From positions 1,550,001-1,614,000 of the forward strand of contig OZ037837.1 of NCBI GenBank assembly GCA_964035575.1: a stretch of 64,000 nucleotides of DNA, given 5' to 3'. Below are positions 45,343 to 58,374 of this stretch, one piece after another. The notes beneath the pieces were generated by a model that ran no database searches, had not been told where the DNA came from, and saw only the letters and a list, made by a program, of their open reading frames with translations. Position 1 is the stretch's first letter, and the number at the start of each line of letters is the position of its first letter. Source of the stretch: Rhynchopus sp. YZ270_cl-10. Its lineage: Eukaryota. Both the position numbers and the translations under genes were made by a program.

Positions 45343-48300
45343 ATGCGCACCATGGTTCTGTTACTGTTATATTCTGGTGTGCAGGCTGACTATGGAGGTT
45401 GCAAACTAGGTGCAGGGACGAAGAACGTGAGCATTGTGGGCACCACGCTGGACTTCATGGCCGAGCACGTCTGCACGGAGCTTCAGGCTCTGCAGCTGGA
45501 CCACCCGGAGATGGGGATCACAACGTTTGACAAAAAGGACATTCTTTTGATGGCAGCATCCTTTGGGAGAACGTTGCAGGCCGACATTGAGCTGGTCCAG
45601 CACGAAGCCTTTGAGACTGGCAACACACCGTACGATGTTTACTCCGTGGGAGGTGCCTGGTGGCAGATGTCGGTCGAACACTTTGCGCCTTTATCTGAAT
45701 CAGTCGACACTGTGCTGCCGGTATTCCAAAAGCGTAACGGAGATGCCGAGCACATTGGGGTACCGCATTTAGGTTCGAGGCTTGTAATGTACTACCGAAA
45801 GGATTTATTTGAGAAGCACGGTGCGGTGTGGCCTGAGACCATGGGAGAGTTTGACTCAACGGTGGCAGCAGTGATGGAAGCTGAGAGGGCGGAGGGGGCA
45901 GACGACTTTTGGGGTCTTCTCATCCCTTCCGAGGACTCCGGGAATGTGGTTCTCACACAGCTTACTTTGCTTCTCACTTCGGAGGTCGGCGCTGGTAGAG
46001 TAGTGGAAGACGATGGTCGGGTCAGTATCAACAACCCTTCAGCTGGGTCTGCACTCTCCCGCTGGCGTTCCTGGCTTACATCAATCGCACCGCCGAACTC
46101 ATTCTCGATGGATAAAGACGAGGCTCGCGATCTCTTCAATTCCGGCAACGCTCTTATCATAGTTGATTGGACATCCAAAATGGATAAATATGAGGTTCTT
46201 CTCAAGAAGAAGGGTTATGACGTAGCGATTGGACCGACCCCAGGGGCAGAAGGTGCCGGAGTGTTGGGGGGACAGAGTTCTTTTGCGCCAAAGAGCGCCC
46301 CGAGTAGGGCGATTGCTACTGAATACCTTGCTGCGTTTGCAGAGAATTTGCATGCATGGACGGTGCAAAAGCGAAACTCCGAACCTCTCGCAAGCAAAAC
46401 CCTGGAGGACCCTGAACTGCTCAAGGAATACTGTGATGTCAGCTCCCATCGTATTGTTTGCGAATCTCTTGAGCGCGACCCCGCCTTTTGGAAACGCATG
46501 GGGCATCGCCCGGACGCAGGTTGCCGTGCGCTATTCAGAGGTTGCATGGATGTGACCTACAAGCATGTTGGACCTTTTTTGTCTTCTCTTGCTCCGGTAT
46601 CGGAAATTCTAGGAGAATTTGAAAAGGATCTTCATGAATTGTTGGGGTATTCGCAGCCGGCAACGAGCCATTCGGAGAACAGCGATGGGTGGAGGAACGT
46701 TCTGGCTGTGGTCGCGACGGTGTCTGGATTGGTTTTAATCGTGCTCGGAGCCTTCGTTGCACGCCAAAACCGCAGAATGAGAAGAGAGGACGGAAGCTGC
46801 GGCATTCCAATCTCCGTTTGCTTGGGTCTTGTTGTGCTCATCTTCATTGGCACCCTCTCTGGGGCTCTTGTCGCGAAAAGCGATTCCGCGCTTCGCTCTG
46901 TGTCCCTCGATATGTCCCTTGAAGTCCGCATGCAAGCACTTTCCGTCATGAGCACAACCCTCGAACTCACCCTCCAAGGTATGGACCGTCCTGACCTCTC
47001 TTCAATGGGTGTCATCCAAGCCGCTCTCGTCGAAGTGCAAAACTCTTTCGCAAGACAACGAGTATTAGACGGATCGATCATAGTGGTCGTAGACAAAGAG
47101 GATGGGAGGGTGTTGGTGTCGTCCGATCGGCTGAGACAACCAGAACAAACTGTATACCCTAATGTCCACCCTTGGGTACGTGACGCATTGGGGCAACTTG
47201 AATTTGCAGTGCGTGCGGTCGATTCTACCCGAACCCTCGATGTCACCGATGACGAAGGCACCCCCGCCCTATGCAACCAAAGACAGGTCTCCGTTGGCTC
47301 AGAGTTCGGTCTCGGCCGTCGCCGTGAATGGGTATTAATGTACATCACCCCGGAGCACGTTATCCTCGGCAAAGCTACGGTAACCCGCGAGGACACCCTC
47401 TACATCGGACTCTCTCTTGCTCTCATTGCGTTGATCTGCGTTGTTCTCTGCTCCGTTATCGTGACAAACCCTTTAGTCCATTTGGCAGAAGATATGGAGC
47501 ATGTCCGCACCATGAATCTAGATATGGTAAGTGACACCAAATTTGCGGTTTTTACGGAGCTCCGTTCGCTGAGAGCAGGGTTCGATGCGATGAAGGAACT
47601 TCTGGTTTATTACAAAGCATTTATGCCGCAAAGTGTGTTGGTTGACACCACCGATGACGGGTCGGAATCTTCTCAGATTGACGCCACTTCGTATTCACGA
47701 CCAAGGTCTGGAGGTTCTTCGTCGCATAGAGATAGACACAACTCTTCAAGACTTAGCGCATCCGCGAGAAGCAGTGGTACCACCTATAAAGAGCAAGCTG
47801 CGTATGCAGTTTTATCTATGGGGTTAAGAAGACGGCGGGTTGCATTAATGTTAGTCAATCTCCGCGCATTTGATGGATTAAATGATGAAACCGCGATGAG
47901 AAGGTATGCGCGCTACCTAGAAGTATTGTTGATGCAGGCGAGACACTGTCGTGGTGTAGTCGACTGTGTCTCTGGAGACAAAGCGACCGTCTCTTTCAAC
48001 GCCGCCACCAGAGCCCCACAATGCGAAAAGAATGCAATCGACGCCTCAATCTCGCTCCTCCCCAACCTTCTGTCGGACACTCCTGGGAACGTTGCGGCAA
48101 TTTCTGGGACTGTGCGGTGCGGGAATATGGGGACCTCGATTATGAAAAACTTTGTTGTCGTCGGAGCCCTGGTCAAAACGCTCTGGAGATTGGAGAGGTG
48201 GGGGGCGCTCTGGGACGTTCCCTTTGTAATAGATGAGACGATGAGGCCGAGTGCAGGGCTGGTGGCGCATACTAGAAAGGTGCTGCGTGTAGGTGATAAA

Positions 48301-48582
48301 GCGACGATATGGACACTATATGAAGTGACGGAGATGCGGACCAATCTCGCAACAGACGAGTGGATGTACCAGCTGGACGAGATGGAGCGGAACGACCCTC
48401 ACGCAGCGGAGAATACAGTGTTCGACGCAGTATACCAAGGGGATCTGCGTACTGCAGTCGCAATGTACGAAGACCTGCCAATTCAGGAGCAGGAACGCCT
48501 CGCTGCACTCCTGGACCTCGCAAAGCAAAATAAATTGGAGCCGTTCAGCTTTCACGGACTTATCGGAAGGACTGATAAATAA
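45343..48582 (+). CDS. Receptor-type class III nucleotide cyclase-like protein: extracellular solute-binding domain, 3 TM helices, HAMP-like linker, degenerate cyclase domain
   Basis: Signal MRTMVLLLLYSGVQA; SBP family 1 motif MYYRKDLFEKHG..WPET; three hydrophobic helices; NPLVHLAEDM..ELRSL..GFDAM; cyclase-like VALMLVNLRAF / GVVDCVSGD / GNMG..NFVVVG. Confidence 0.8.
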   Translation: MRTMVLLLLYSGVQADYGGCKLGAGTKNVSIVGTTLDFMAEHVCTELQALQLDHPEMGITTFDKKDILLMAASFGRTLQADIELVQHEAFETGNTPYDVYSVGGAWWQMSVEHFAPLSESVDTVLPVFQKRNGDAEHIGVPHLGSRLVMYYRKDLFEKHGAVWPETMGEFDSTVAAVMEAERAEGADDFWGLLIPSEDSGNVVLTQLTLLLTSEVGAGRVVEDDGRVSINNPSAGSALSRWRSWLTSIAPPNSFSMDKDEARDLFNSGNALIIVDWTSKMDKYEVLLKKKGYDVAIGPTPGAEGAGVLGGQSSFAPKSAPSRAIATEYLAAFAENLHAWTVQKRNSEPLASKTLEDPELLKEYCDVSSHRIVCESLERDPAFWKRMGHRPDAGCRALFRGCMDVTYKHVGPFLSSLAPVSEILGEFEKDLHELLGYSQPATSHSENSDGWRNVLAVVATVSGLVLIVLGAFVARQNRRMRREDGSCGIPISVCLGLVVLIFIGTLSGALVAKSDSALRSVSLDMSLEVRMQALSVMSTTLELTLQGMDRPDLSSMGVIQAALVEVQNSFARQRVLDGSIIVVVDKEDGRVLVSSDRLRQPEQTVYPNVHPWVRDALGQLEFAVRAVDSTRTLDVTDDEGTPALCNQRQVSVGSEFGLGRRREWVLMYITPEHVILGKATVTREDTLYIGLSLALIALICVVLCSVIVTNPLVHLAEDMEHVRTMNLDMVSDTKFAVFTELRSLRAGFDAMKELLVYYKAFMPQSVLVDTTDDGSESSQIDATSYSRPRSGGSSSHRDRHNSSRLSASARSSGTTYKEQAAYAVLSMGLRRRRVALMLVNLRAFDGLNDETAMRRYARYLEVLLMQARHCRGVVDCVSGDKATVSFNAATRAPQCEKNAIDASISLLPNLLSDTPGNVAAISGTVRCGNMGTSIMKNFVVVGALVKTLWRLERWGALWDVPFVIDETMRPSAGLVAHTRKVLRVGDKATIWTLYEVTEMRTNLATDEWMYQLDEMERNDPHAAENTVFDAVYQGDLRTAVAMYEDLPIQEQERLAALLDLAKQNKLEPFSFHGLIGRTDK

Positions 48583-51500
48583 TTTTTTTTTTGTAAAAAA
48601 ACGAAAAAACAAAATGATGTCTTAGTGCGATCAGAACCAAACGGGAAAAAAAGAAGTACAGGGAATTCAGGTGTAGGAATTCTCTTGGTTCCTAGTCGAA
48701 GGGAATTTGGGTTCCGATCACACCATATGGGGGGTTTGAACAACAACAGGTGTCTACACTAATACAACCAAGTTTTCAACAACAAAAACAAGTTAAATTC
48801 ACTCCCCAGTAGTTGGGGAAAATGTGTCGCGGGACATATTTCATCTGTCAGCGCTTTCCCTTTTTTTTAGTTTTGCTGTGCTCACACCATCTTTCAACAG
48901 TAACCTCCCCTCCAACTGTGTTTGATACACACCCGCAAACCCCTTCCCTTCCCTCAAAAAAAAAAACTAGTAACTCCTTCGGGACAGATAGAATATATCC
49001 CGAACTTATGAAAACACCCCCCCTCCTTTGATTGATTTTCTTTTTTTCCAAACTTTTCCCCCCCCTGCGTTGTTAGTACAGATTACGTGTTGTGCACATA
49101 CGAGGTGATACCGTCATCTTATTTTTTTATACACAAGATGAAACCAAGCCAGGCTTGCGTTCATCTCAAATTTTTTGTACTTTTTTTATTTTTGTGCAAT
49201 GCTCCTAACCATGCATCTTTCAAACCTTTCCACCCAGTTTTATTTTTTTCTTGGAAGAAAGTTCAGATCACCCTCCGATGTTCTAGAATTTGTTAGTTTT
49301 AAAATAAATGTGAGCTAAGCACTGCTCACTTTGACACTAACTTTTTCTCTGAGCTTTTTCCCACCACATGCAGCCTATGTGCATACTGTGTGCCCACAAG
49401 AGAGGTTTTAAGAGATTTTTGGCGCTCCGAATATCTTTTGTTTTTTCGTTAGTCCCCACAAGAGAGGTTTTAACTTTGTTCGAAAAATGGTTTTGACCAT
49501 TATTTCCACTCTTTTTCTTCTTTTTGTGCTTTCATCAGGATGGCTGGCATCGTACGTGTGTCAGTTGGTTTTTGTTGCCTGCACCATTTTTTAAAAACCT
49601 TGCTTTTCTTGTATGGGTGTGCCGCAAACGTGTTGTTCTTATTGTTTACATCTTTCTTCATGTTAAAACATTTCATAAAAAGACCCCCAAAGCAGCGGCA
49701 GGCAGGTCTCATGTCTTTTACTCAAAGACAGATTTTTTTTTGATATTTTGATATTGTCTTCTTTTTCCCAATCATGCCTGCGTCTACACAAAACGTTTTG
49801 GCACAAAAAAAAAAAAGCTCAACTACAGTTGGACAATATTGGCGACCAAAAAAAGTCGCCAATTGTAAGAAAAACCCCAAAATCCGCCAATATTTTTTTG
49901 GGGATGCGTCCAATGAAAATCACGTTCAGTAGAAAAGTTCGAGAATGTAGGTTTTATTATTTGGTCGCCAAGTTTCTTGTCCAGCTGGACCTGTTTTGCA
50001 GATACCCTTCTATCCTTTTTTCATTTTTTTCATTTTTTTTTTTTCATTTTTTTCGTGTGTGACCTGAGGGTGGGGGAGCGTCATTATTTTCAACCTCTCC
50101 CCCATCTTTTCCCCATTTCGCGATTATTATTATTTTTTGCCTCCTCCTCCTCCCTCCTCCCGTCTTTGGAATCAACAGAGTGCGTACGTTAAGGTTCTTC
50201 CTGCATAGAATCTATTTGAAAACTTATTCAGCAAACTCAATAGCTAAGCCACACAAAATGCGTTATTTTTTTTTTTGCCGTTTTGTAACAGTTTTACCTT
50301 TTATGGGTAGTACAGTAGAATAGAAGGTATTTTGAAATACCATTTTTTATGTTTTTTTTTGGAATGTGGCTGTGCACGACGAGGCAGAGAAGCTTCTTTT
50401 TATGCATTGTTTGTGGGTTACCCTATTATTCTGTTCCTCTTTATCCTCCCCAAACACAAAAAAAGGCGAACGAAATGAAAAATATTTGAAAATCAGAAAC
50501 CAAAAAGAGTAGAATTCCAGTCGGAAAGAAAAGAAAAATTCCTCAAACTTTGCTGAAATGCAACTTTTGAGGGTGGATGCATAAAACAACAATAAAAAAA
50601 AAGCTTTTTGGTGTGGCCGAATGGGGAGACATTCAAGGGAGGGTGATTCGCACTTCTTGCGCACTTTTGGGCCTCAAAGAGGTTTCCTCTTCACGGTCAG
50701 GTAGGTGGGAACGTATTGCAGAGTAGTAAAAATATCACCACAGAATATTTTTACACACTTTACGCACAAACAAACCAACTCAGCCACACCATATTTCGTA
50801 GCGTTGAGGGGAGGTTCCCTTGTGTGTGTGCACGAGAGGCACACTCATCTTCCAAGTTTTCTTCCTTCACCGTTCTTTTTCTCCCTTTCTCAGCTCATAT
50901 CTGTTGTCTTTTCAACCCAACTTTTCTTTTTAAATAGATGACTAAAGCAGGAGATGTGTACGCTCATCTTACTTTTTGTTGTTGTACTTTTTTTTTAAAA
51001 ACCCAGCGTGCTCCAGCGCGAAAACGAAAGTGGTAACGATGTGTGTGCACGAGAGGTACATCCATCTTACAAGTGTTCAGTTTTTGTTTTTTTTTTTGTT
51101 TTTTGTTTTTTGCCATTTTGTTCTTCTTCCTCCCTCTGCGAAAGAAACATTCCCTTCTCCCCCAAAAGAAAATAAAGGGTGGTACAATGTGGAGGACATC
51201 CCTGTGGTGTCTACACTCGTCCAACCAATATTAAGACGCAAAAATAGTAAAAAGTGTCATTTTTGCGAACCACTATATTTCAACAACCTATTTTTCGAAA
51301 GAAAGTTAGCCCCCCCTCCCTCCCTCCCTCCCGTTTTGCTTTTTTTTTTATGTAAGAGAAAACTGAATTAGAGTGGGAACGTAGTGAGAGTGCAACGTGC
51401 TTGTTTTTCATAATGTTTTATTCTCTCCTCCTAAAACGAAAACAAGAAAATAAACAAACTCAACAAAGGACATATTTACAGTCTGCTGAGAAAGAGGATA

Positions 51501-52033
51501 CGTCTTTAATCTCATACAAAAGAAACGCACCCCCCTTCTTCCTCTCTGACTTCACGTCTACAAAACTACTATTCAAAAATAAACAGAGCACAACAAGAAG
51601 CACTTAAATTCACTTTAAAAAAAAGACAGTGGAGATTGCACAACTGTGACAACACAACCGAGGCAACTACACTACTCCAACTCCAAAACAACAAACATTT
51701 TCAAACACCCGACTAAACACAGTTCACACAACGCGTCCGTTGGTTGTGTTGTACTCAACTTACCTTTCCACATTTTGTTTCACGATTTTGAAAGATGTGT
51801 TCCCCTGAGGTACATCGTCATCTTTCCAAGCATTGCATCCCCATAACATCACGGGTGATGCATGACGGCCTACGCCCTGAACCTTATTTCGGGGCATGCC
51901 GTCGTTTTTATGGAAACCCCTTTTTAACCCCTTCTTCGTACATACAGCTAACATCGAACTAAAATACTTTTTTTCGGCTAAAAAAAAGACAAAAGCTAAA
52001 GCAATACAGAGAAGCAGCCATTTTTTGTTGGAG

Positions 52034-52168
52034 AAAATTCATATTGGAACCGAAACTTTGGGGAACCAGTCCTTTCGGAACCTGAGAACCTGGGAACCGG
52101 GGAACTGGTTCCCTGGAATAAAGGTTCCGAAATGACTGGTTCCCCAAAATTTTGGTTCCATGAATTTT
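52034..52168. repeat. Palindromic MITE-like element built of GGAACC motifs
   Basis: GGAACCGAAACTTTGGGGAACCAGTCCTTTCGGAACCT is mirrored by AGGTTCCGAAATGACTGGTTCCCCAAAATTTTGGTTCC. Confidence 0.75.
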
Positions 52169-54271
52169 TATTTTCCTTTTTTGGTTTTCAACACTTTTTT
52201 TTCATTAAACCCCTATGCAACCCTTCTCGGCATACTCACCAACGGTTGTGTTGTCTTCCTTCTTTGGTAAGGGTGGATGTATTGTGTGATTTTTTTTTTG
52301 TCTTCGACGCTAATGGCACCCTCGCGAAAACTGTAACAAAAAAGGCGAAGTTTTTTTCTTCTTCTCCAGCACCATTTTACATGTTCGGAGGCCTTTTAGC
52401 GTTAAAGCTTATTTTTTGTTGAAAACTGCATCCACATCCTCTCCATTAGGAAGGCTCGCTACGATTTATCCCCCCACAGGCTGGTCGCCAACTTTTCGGA
52501 AATTGCCCTCAGTCGTAATAACAAAAGAAAACTTCATAAAAACCCCCTTTCAAAAACTCCACCCACCACCCCTTTTACATCAAATATGCGTATTTCTTTT
52601 GATTGCAACGACGTGCACATGTGAGTGTTTTTATTTTTATTTTTTTATTTTCCCAACTTTTGAAAACAGGTGTGATTACCAGTAGACCAGCAGAGGCCCG
52701 TTCGCCTTGATGAAACAGAGGTGATATACGGTCATTGCTGGGTCTTACTACGTTGGAAAAACAAACAAAAAACCAACACCCCGTTAGGCGTGTGAGTACC
52801 TTGTCATGTGAGATTGTTTTTTGTATTTTTTTTTTTTCTATTTGCATTTATTTTTTTGTTCAAAAGGTGACAAAGTATAGCCTTAGGTTTCATCTTTTAA
52901 ACCTTTGTTTGTTTTTTGTTTTCTTTGTTGTATTCCATTTGCGTGCCTTGTGTTCCCCCTCTCTTCAGGTACCCACCCTGCTGTGGTATTAGTTTTATTT
53001 TATTTTGATTGCGCACGAGAGGCTCATTCGTCTTTCAAGTTTTTTCTTCTTCTTTTTTTCTTTTGTTTTCAGTTAGAAAGACGCAGTGTTTCGTTAGCAG
53101 AGGCCCGTTCGCCTTGATGAAACAGAGGTGATATACGGCCTATGCTTTGTGCACACGTGTCTTGCTTTTGCAACACCCCCTCACCCTCCATATTGTCATG
53201 TTGTTATGTTTGTTTTGCCAGCATGCGATCTCCGTGCACCACGTCAATAGAGACGGTGTTTTGCACACAAAGTACATTTTTATTATTATGCTGGGTGGGT
53301 TGCCTTACTTCACTGTCGTGCAACTCGTCGGCCTCGTCGGCCAACTCGTCGCGCTCATTTGAGGTTTTATTGTTTTATTTCTTTTGTTTTAAATGTTGGA
53401 TTAGTGTAACTACCCATATAGACGGTCTTTCACTGTTTTTTTTTTCAAGGTGAACTAAGCACACAAAGCTTACACTCATCTGTGTTACCAACATTTTTTT
53501 TTTTTGTGCATTGCCTGTTCCTGAAAGGGAAGGCGTTTTTGCAGAGTCAAAAGGCCCTCCCTCTTGGGTGTTTTTTTTTTTTTGTATTATTTCGTGCCTT
53601 GTTGTTCCTGTGAAAAAGAAAACCGACGCAGGAGTCTTTTATTGTAAACTGTTTTCTTCTCCGCCAACACACAAAAACACTTGACAGAAAAATCTTTTTC
53701 ACACAAACGCCTTTTTCTGTCTACTCTCTGTTTTTTGTTCATCTTTTTTCAAAAATAAGAGGGATGGCTGCTGTTGTTGAGCCTCACATGCTCACAGTTG
53801 AGGGTTTCTTTTTATTTTATCTTTGATTGCGCACGAGAGGCTCATTCGTCTTTCAAGTTGTTTTTTTTCCTCCTCTTTTTTCTTTTGTTTTCAGTTAGAA
53901 AGACGCAGTGTTTCGTTAGCAGAGGCCCGTTCGCCTTGATGAAACAGAGGTGATATACGGCCTATGCTTTGTGCACACGCGTCTTGCTTTTGCAACACCC
54001 TCCGCCCCTCCACCCCATGTTGGTATTTTCCTATGAGATCCTGTGCACAAAAAAAAGTTGCACATTGAACACAACCTTTGACTTTTATAGGATGTGATGA
54101 CGATTTTTGTTTTTTGCTTTTTTTTGCGTGCTTGAAAAATGATAGTAGCATGAAGCTCAATTCTGTGATGGGTGTGGGGGTGACGGAATTGCTATTTGTG
54201 ACTTCATCTTTTTGCAAAGGGGTTTTTTAAAAGGAAAGTTTTATGGTGTTTTGGAAGTGGGTCAAAGACCT

Positions 54272-54421
54272 GACGACAGAACCCAGTGACAAGTGACAAG
54301 TGAATGTAGGTAAACTTAAAAGTAGGTAAAATGACAAGTGAGTCACTTGTCGTTTCACTTGTAAACTTTGTCATACTTATTACATGTGGTTCACTTGTCA
54401 CTTGTCACTGGGTCCCGTCGT
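54272..54421. repeat. Palindromic MITE-like element built of GACAAGT motifs
   Basis: ACCCAGTGACAAGTGACAAGTGAA / TTCACTTGTCACTTGTCACTGGGT. Confidence 0.78.
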
Positions 54422-55840
54422 GCTGTCAGTATCGACCCCACAGAGCACCATTTTATGTTTCTTTTGTTTCATTGTAGGGTACGGTACACCATACTTGGAA
54501 CACCCCCGAATTTTTTTGGGGCATTTTCCTCAGGAATTTGCTAATCCCCGGAATTTTTCTGGTGTGTTCCAAGCATGCTGTACATCACCCTTACTTTCCC
54601 TTTTTTTATCTAAAAAATACAGCCAATTTATTGAAATGCTTTTGTGTCATATTCGACAAAAGATGTGCGTATTGGTTCCCTTTGACTCCCTATTCCCTAT
54701 ATTTCCTTTGTTTTTTTTTTGAAAAATTGAAAACGTGCAGACTCGCTTTTTTCTCGTGTGAGCTCCACGTTTTTGATGTGTGTACAAGAGAGGCACACTC
54801 ATATTTCAATTTTCCTTTTCTTGGCCAGCTTCGATTTTTTCCCCCCCAGTGTGGATGCATCAATGCAAAACAAGAACGATCACAAAGAAGGAGACACAAG
54901 GCATACTTTTCCCGAGAACAGAAAAGAAAAAGGTCTGGAAAAAGTCGTAACTTTTCATATTTCCGATAAGTCCACCAGGCTTCCCTATGGGGAATCATGC
55001 TGATCACTGCTTGTCTAAAACCTACAAAAATATATTTTCCTATTTTTTTTGTACCCCCCTCTTGCAGTAAGGTCTATTCAATACAACAGAAACAACACAG
55101 AAAAAAAAAGGCTTCGATGCCTATTTGTGATGTAGTGCATTTTGTATTGTGTCTTTGTCTGGCTTTCTCCCTCTTCTCCCTTCCTTCCCTACAGGACGGT
55201 GAAGTAAATGTCTTGTGGTTTTTCTTTGTGGTTTCGCCGTTGGCTTACAACAGTGAAACCACAAAGTGAAACTACAAGTCAGGTTATATACTTCACTGTT
55301 CGTTCTGTAGTAGTGGGTAGGGCAGGGCAGGGAGGGTCTCGTTAAAATTGACAACGAAAGAAAAAAGAATGTATACACGCCAACACACTGCATCTTCCCT
55401 GAGCCTCCCCAGCCACCCCCATCCCCTCCACACAAACAACTCTCCCCAGCCAAAGAAAAGAAGAAAAAAGAGGTGCTCCAAGGAACAACAAAAACTCTCT
55501 CCCCTCTTTTTCTCCTTTTTCCCCTCTTCCTTTCTTCAGGAAGAGAAATCCGCTTGTTCTCGTCATGCTGTTTTGCACTTTGCGTCGCTTTACTCCAGAA
55601 CTCTGTTCTGTATCTTATCGCTGCGACGTAGTATGTTCTTTGCGAAATGATGAGTGTCATGTGCAGGCTTATGCCTCAACTCTGTGTTACATTCATGGAA
55701 CGAAGAGTGTTGCCGCGCTACCGAAATGCTTTTTCCTGCTTGCTGTTCAGAACCACGTAAAAGACTTCTACCAACATTACACACACACCCAACCCCTTCC
55801 AGACACCCCTGCACCCCCCCACCTCTTCGAAACACACAAT

Positions 55841-57455
55841 ATGGGGTGTGACACGCAGCCCACCGCACCACAGATGCTCAGCTGTGAGAACTGCGACGAG
55901 CCTGCACAGCTGCAGTGTGGGATCTGCACGGAGCTGTTCTTCTGCGACAAGACTGCGTGCTACGATGCTTGCCACCCAAGGCCACGTGACCGTGAGACAC
56001 ATCGCGCTTCTGTGACTCCGTACGGGACGTCGTCGAAGTGTGCACAGCACCCAGGACAAGAGCTGTGCGTCGTCTGTGAAGACCCTGCGTGTGGAGACGC
56101 ATTGATCTGCATGCGCTGTGCGTACTTCGGACATACGGGACACAAGACAGTTGACATCACGGACTACATGAAACGCCATCGTGACACCCTCTGCTCACAC
56201 GTGGCAGACCTGACAGCACAGCGGACTGCTGCAGAGGAGAAGTGCCGTGTGCTTGAGGCACTCCCACCCACGGAGGACAGGTAAAGACCTTCTCCTGCAG
56301 ACACGCGTCGGGCACCTCGTGACGCGTGAGGATGTGTCGCGCAGCGAAGTCGTGTGTGAGGAGGAGGTGGCACGGAGCTTCCTCACACAGGCACTCAGTC
56401 GTGAAGGGGAGGTGTGTGCGCTGAAGACGTTTGTTGCGAAGGTAGGACACATGATTGCTGAGTGTGAGGCGGTGTGCCAGCTTGGGGACGACCAGGTGCT
56501 GCGTGCGGTCACAGAGTCGCAGGCCGTTGTGCGGAGCATCAACAGCATGGCAGCGAGTGGAGACCGCCACCGCCTTGTGGGTTCTGCAGACCCACACGCA
56601 ACGTTTTCCCTGAAGCTGCCTGTTGCTGTTTTGAACGTGCACGACGCCCTTGCCCAGATGTTTGCGCTTGTTGTGCCTGTCTTTGTGCAGGGTTTGGATG
56701 GAGTGGAACACGAGATTGAGGTGAGTGTGGATGACACGGGCAGGGACTTGCGTCGGAAGGTGGCGTCTGCAGTGGGGTTGCGTGAAGGCTGCTTCGACAT
56801 GACTTTCAGAGATGAAGTGATTGCAGAAGGAGAGGACGTGGTGCAGCTGAGGGGTCACAGGGTTGTTGTGACGCAGACCAACACACAGAGGAAGGAGGCT
56901 GCCATTGCAGCACTTCGTGCGTTGGGTGAGACAACACTTACATCACAAAGGTTGAAGCAGGTGACTGATCAACGCAGTGATCCGAAGGTGGCTTGCTTGC
57001 TGCTGCAGGCACAAGTTGCGACTGTGATTCCAGAAAACTTCTTCTCGACATCTGCAGTGACGTGCATTGATCTCAGTCATGCGTCTGCTGTGACTGTGAT
57101 TCGGGACAGATTTCTTTATGGCTGCACTTCATTAACGACAGTTGATCTGAGTGGGCTGGAAGCTGTCACCTCGATTGAGGACTGGTTTCTCTGCGGGTGC
57201 ACATCATTGTCGACAGTTGATTTGAGCGGACTGCAAGCCGTCACCTCCATTGGACACTCGTTCCTCGGCGACTGCACTTCGTTGTCGACGGTTAACCTAA
57301 GTGGATTGCGAGGTGTCACCACGATCGCCACTGCTGGCTTGTTTGATGATGGTGAAGACTTCATCTCCGGGTGCCCAGCGTTGAACACTTTGCATGGAAA
57401 GGACCAGTGCAGCAGTGTTGTATTCAGTAGTCTGCCCGAACATTTACGCCTTTGA
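55841..57455 (+). pseudogene. B-box/coiled-coil - Ubl - LRR copy 4 (4 LRRs) with a 2-bp frameshift
   Basis: gacaggtaaagac replaces gacaggtacaaagac of the intact copies and creates TAA at 56282-56284. The remainder is open in another frame. Confidence 0.85.
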
Positions 57456-57536
57456 CAAGCAAGAAGCCGTTCACTTGCAGTTGTTGTTGTGCATCTTTTT
57501 CCTTGCGGGGACGTGTCTCCTGTGTAGCTTTATGAA

Positions 57537-57740
57537 CACTTTACACTTTACACTTTACACTTTACACTTTACACTTTACACTTTACACTTTACACTTTAC
57601 ACTTTACACTTTACACTTTACACTTTACACTTTACACTTTACACTTTACACTTTACACTTTACACTTTACACTTTACACTTTACACTTTACACTTTACAC
57701 TTTACACTTTACACTTTACACTTTACACTTTACACTTTAC
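57537..57740. repeat. (TTTACAC)n heptamer microsatellite, about 29 copies
   Basis: Perfect tandem array read directly. Confidence 0.97.
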
Positions 57741-58374
57741 TTGTTTTTGTTCCGTTAGCCATCCATGTAAGCGAAATGTTTTGGAGCGAAAATATATTTC
57801 AAAAGAATGCGCATAAATAATTTGGCAGGTGCGAAGTAATTGTTTTTCTCTCCCTAGGCTAGCTGCAAGCGTAGGCCGCCCAGACCACCCAGAAGTAATG
57901 ACATGAAATGAAAATATTACGAAATGAGCAAATAATACCCAGATGCAAATAATAAGTGAGACTCTGCTTTAACAAAGAAAGAACGTTCTGTAACCTGCAA
58001 CTGGTAAATTGGTTGAAATCAATGAAATCTGCGAAGTATTTAAAAGTTGTTTTTAAGAGTTGCGGACGACCTGCGTTTGTACCTTTCTGCAGTACACAGG
58101 CTTCGACCCGACATTGAGTACAGATCCTGACCCAGCTGGTGTAAAGTCCCCTGAGCCTCCCCAGCCACCCCCATCCCCCACCCTCAACAACTCTCCCCAG
58201 CCAAAGAAAAGAAGAAAAAAGGTGCTCCAAGGAACAACAGAAACTCTCTCCCCTCTTTTTCTCCTTTTTCCCCTCTTCCTTTCTTCAGGAAGAGAAATCC
58301 GCTTGTTCTCCACGGCATCCATAAGCCCTGACTAAGGGATATGAGCTCCACCTCTTAATTTTTTAAGCCCTTAA

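Noticed and set aside
48600..55500. Many short Phe/Lys-rich ORFs
   Set aside because: Poly-T/poly-A intergenic DNA with local duplications (for example about 53005-53190 versus 53824-54010) and no coding signal.
56281..56300. Possible 20-nt GT-AG mini-intron (gtaaagaccttctcctgcag) rescuing the frameshift in B-box copies 4 and 5
   Set aside because: Removing it deletes a net 22 nt relative to intact copies, so the reading frame is not restored.
57394..57816. ORF with LHFTLYT repeats
   Set aside because: Translation of the TTTACAC microsatellite.
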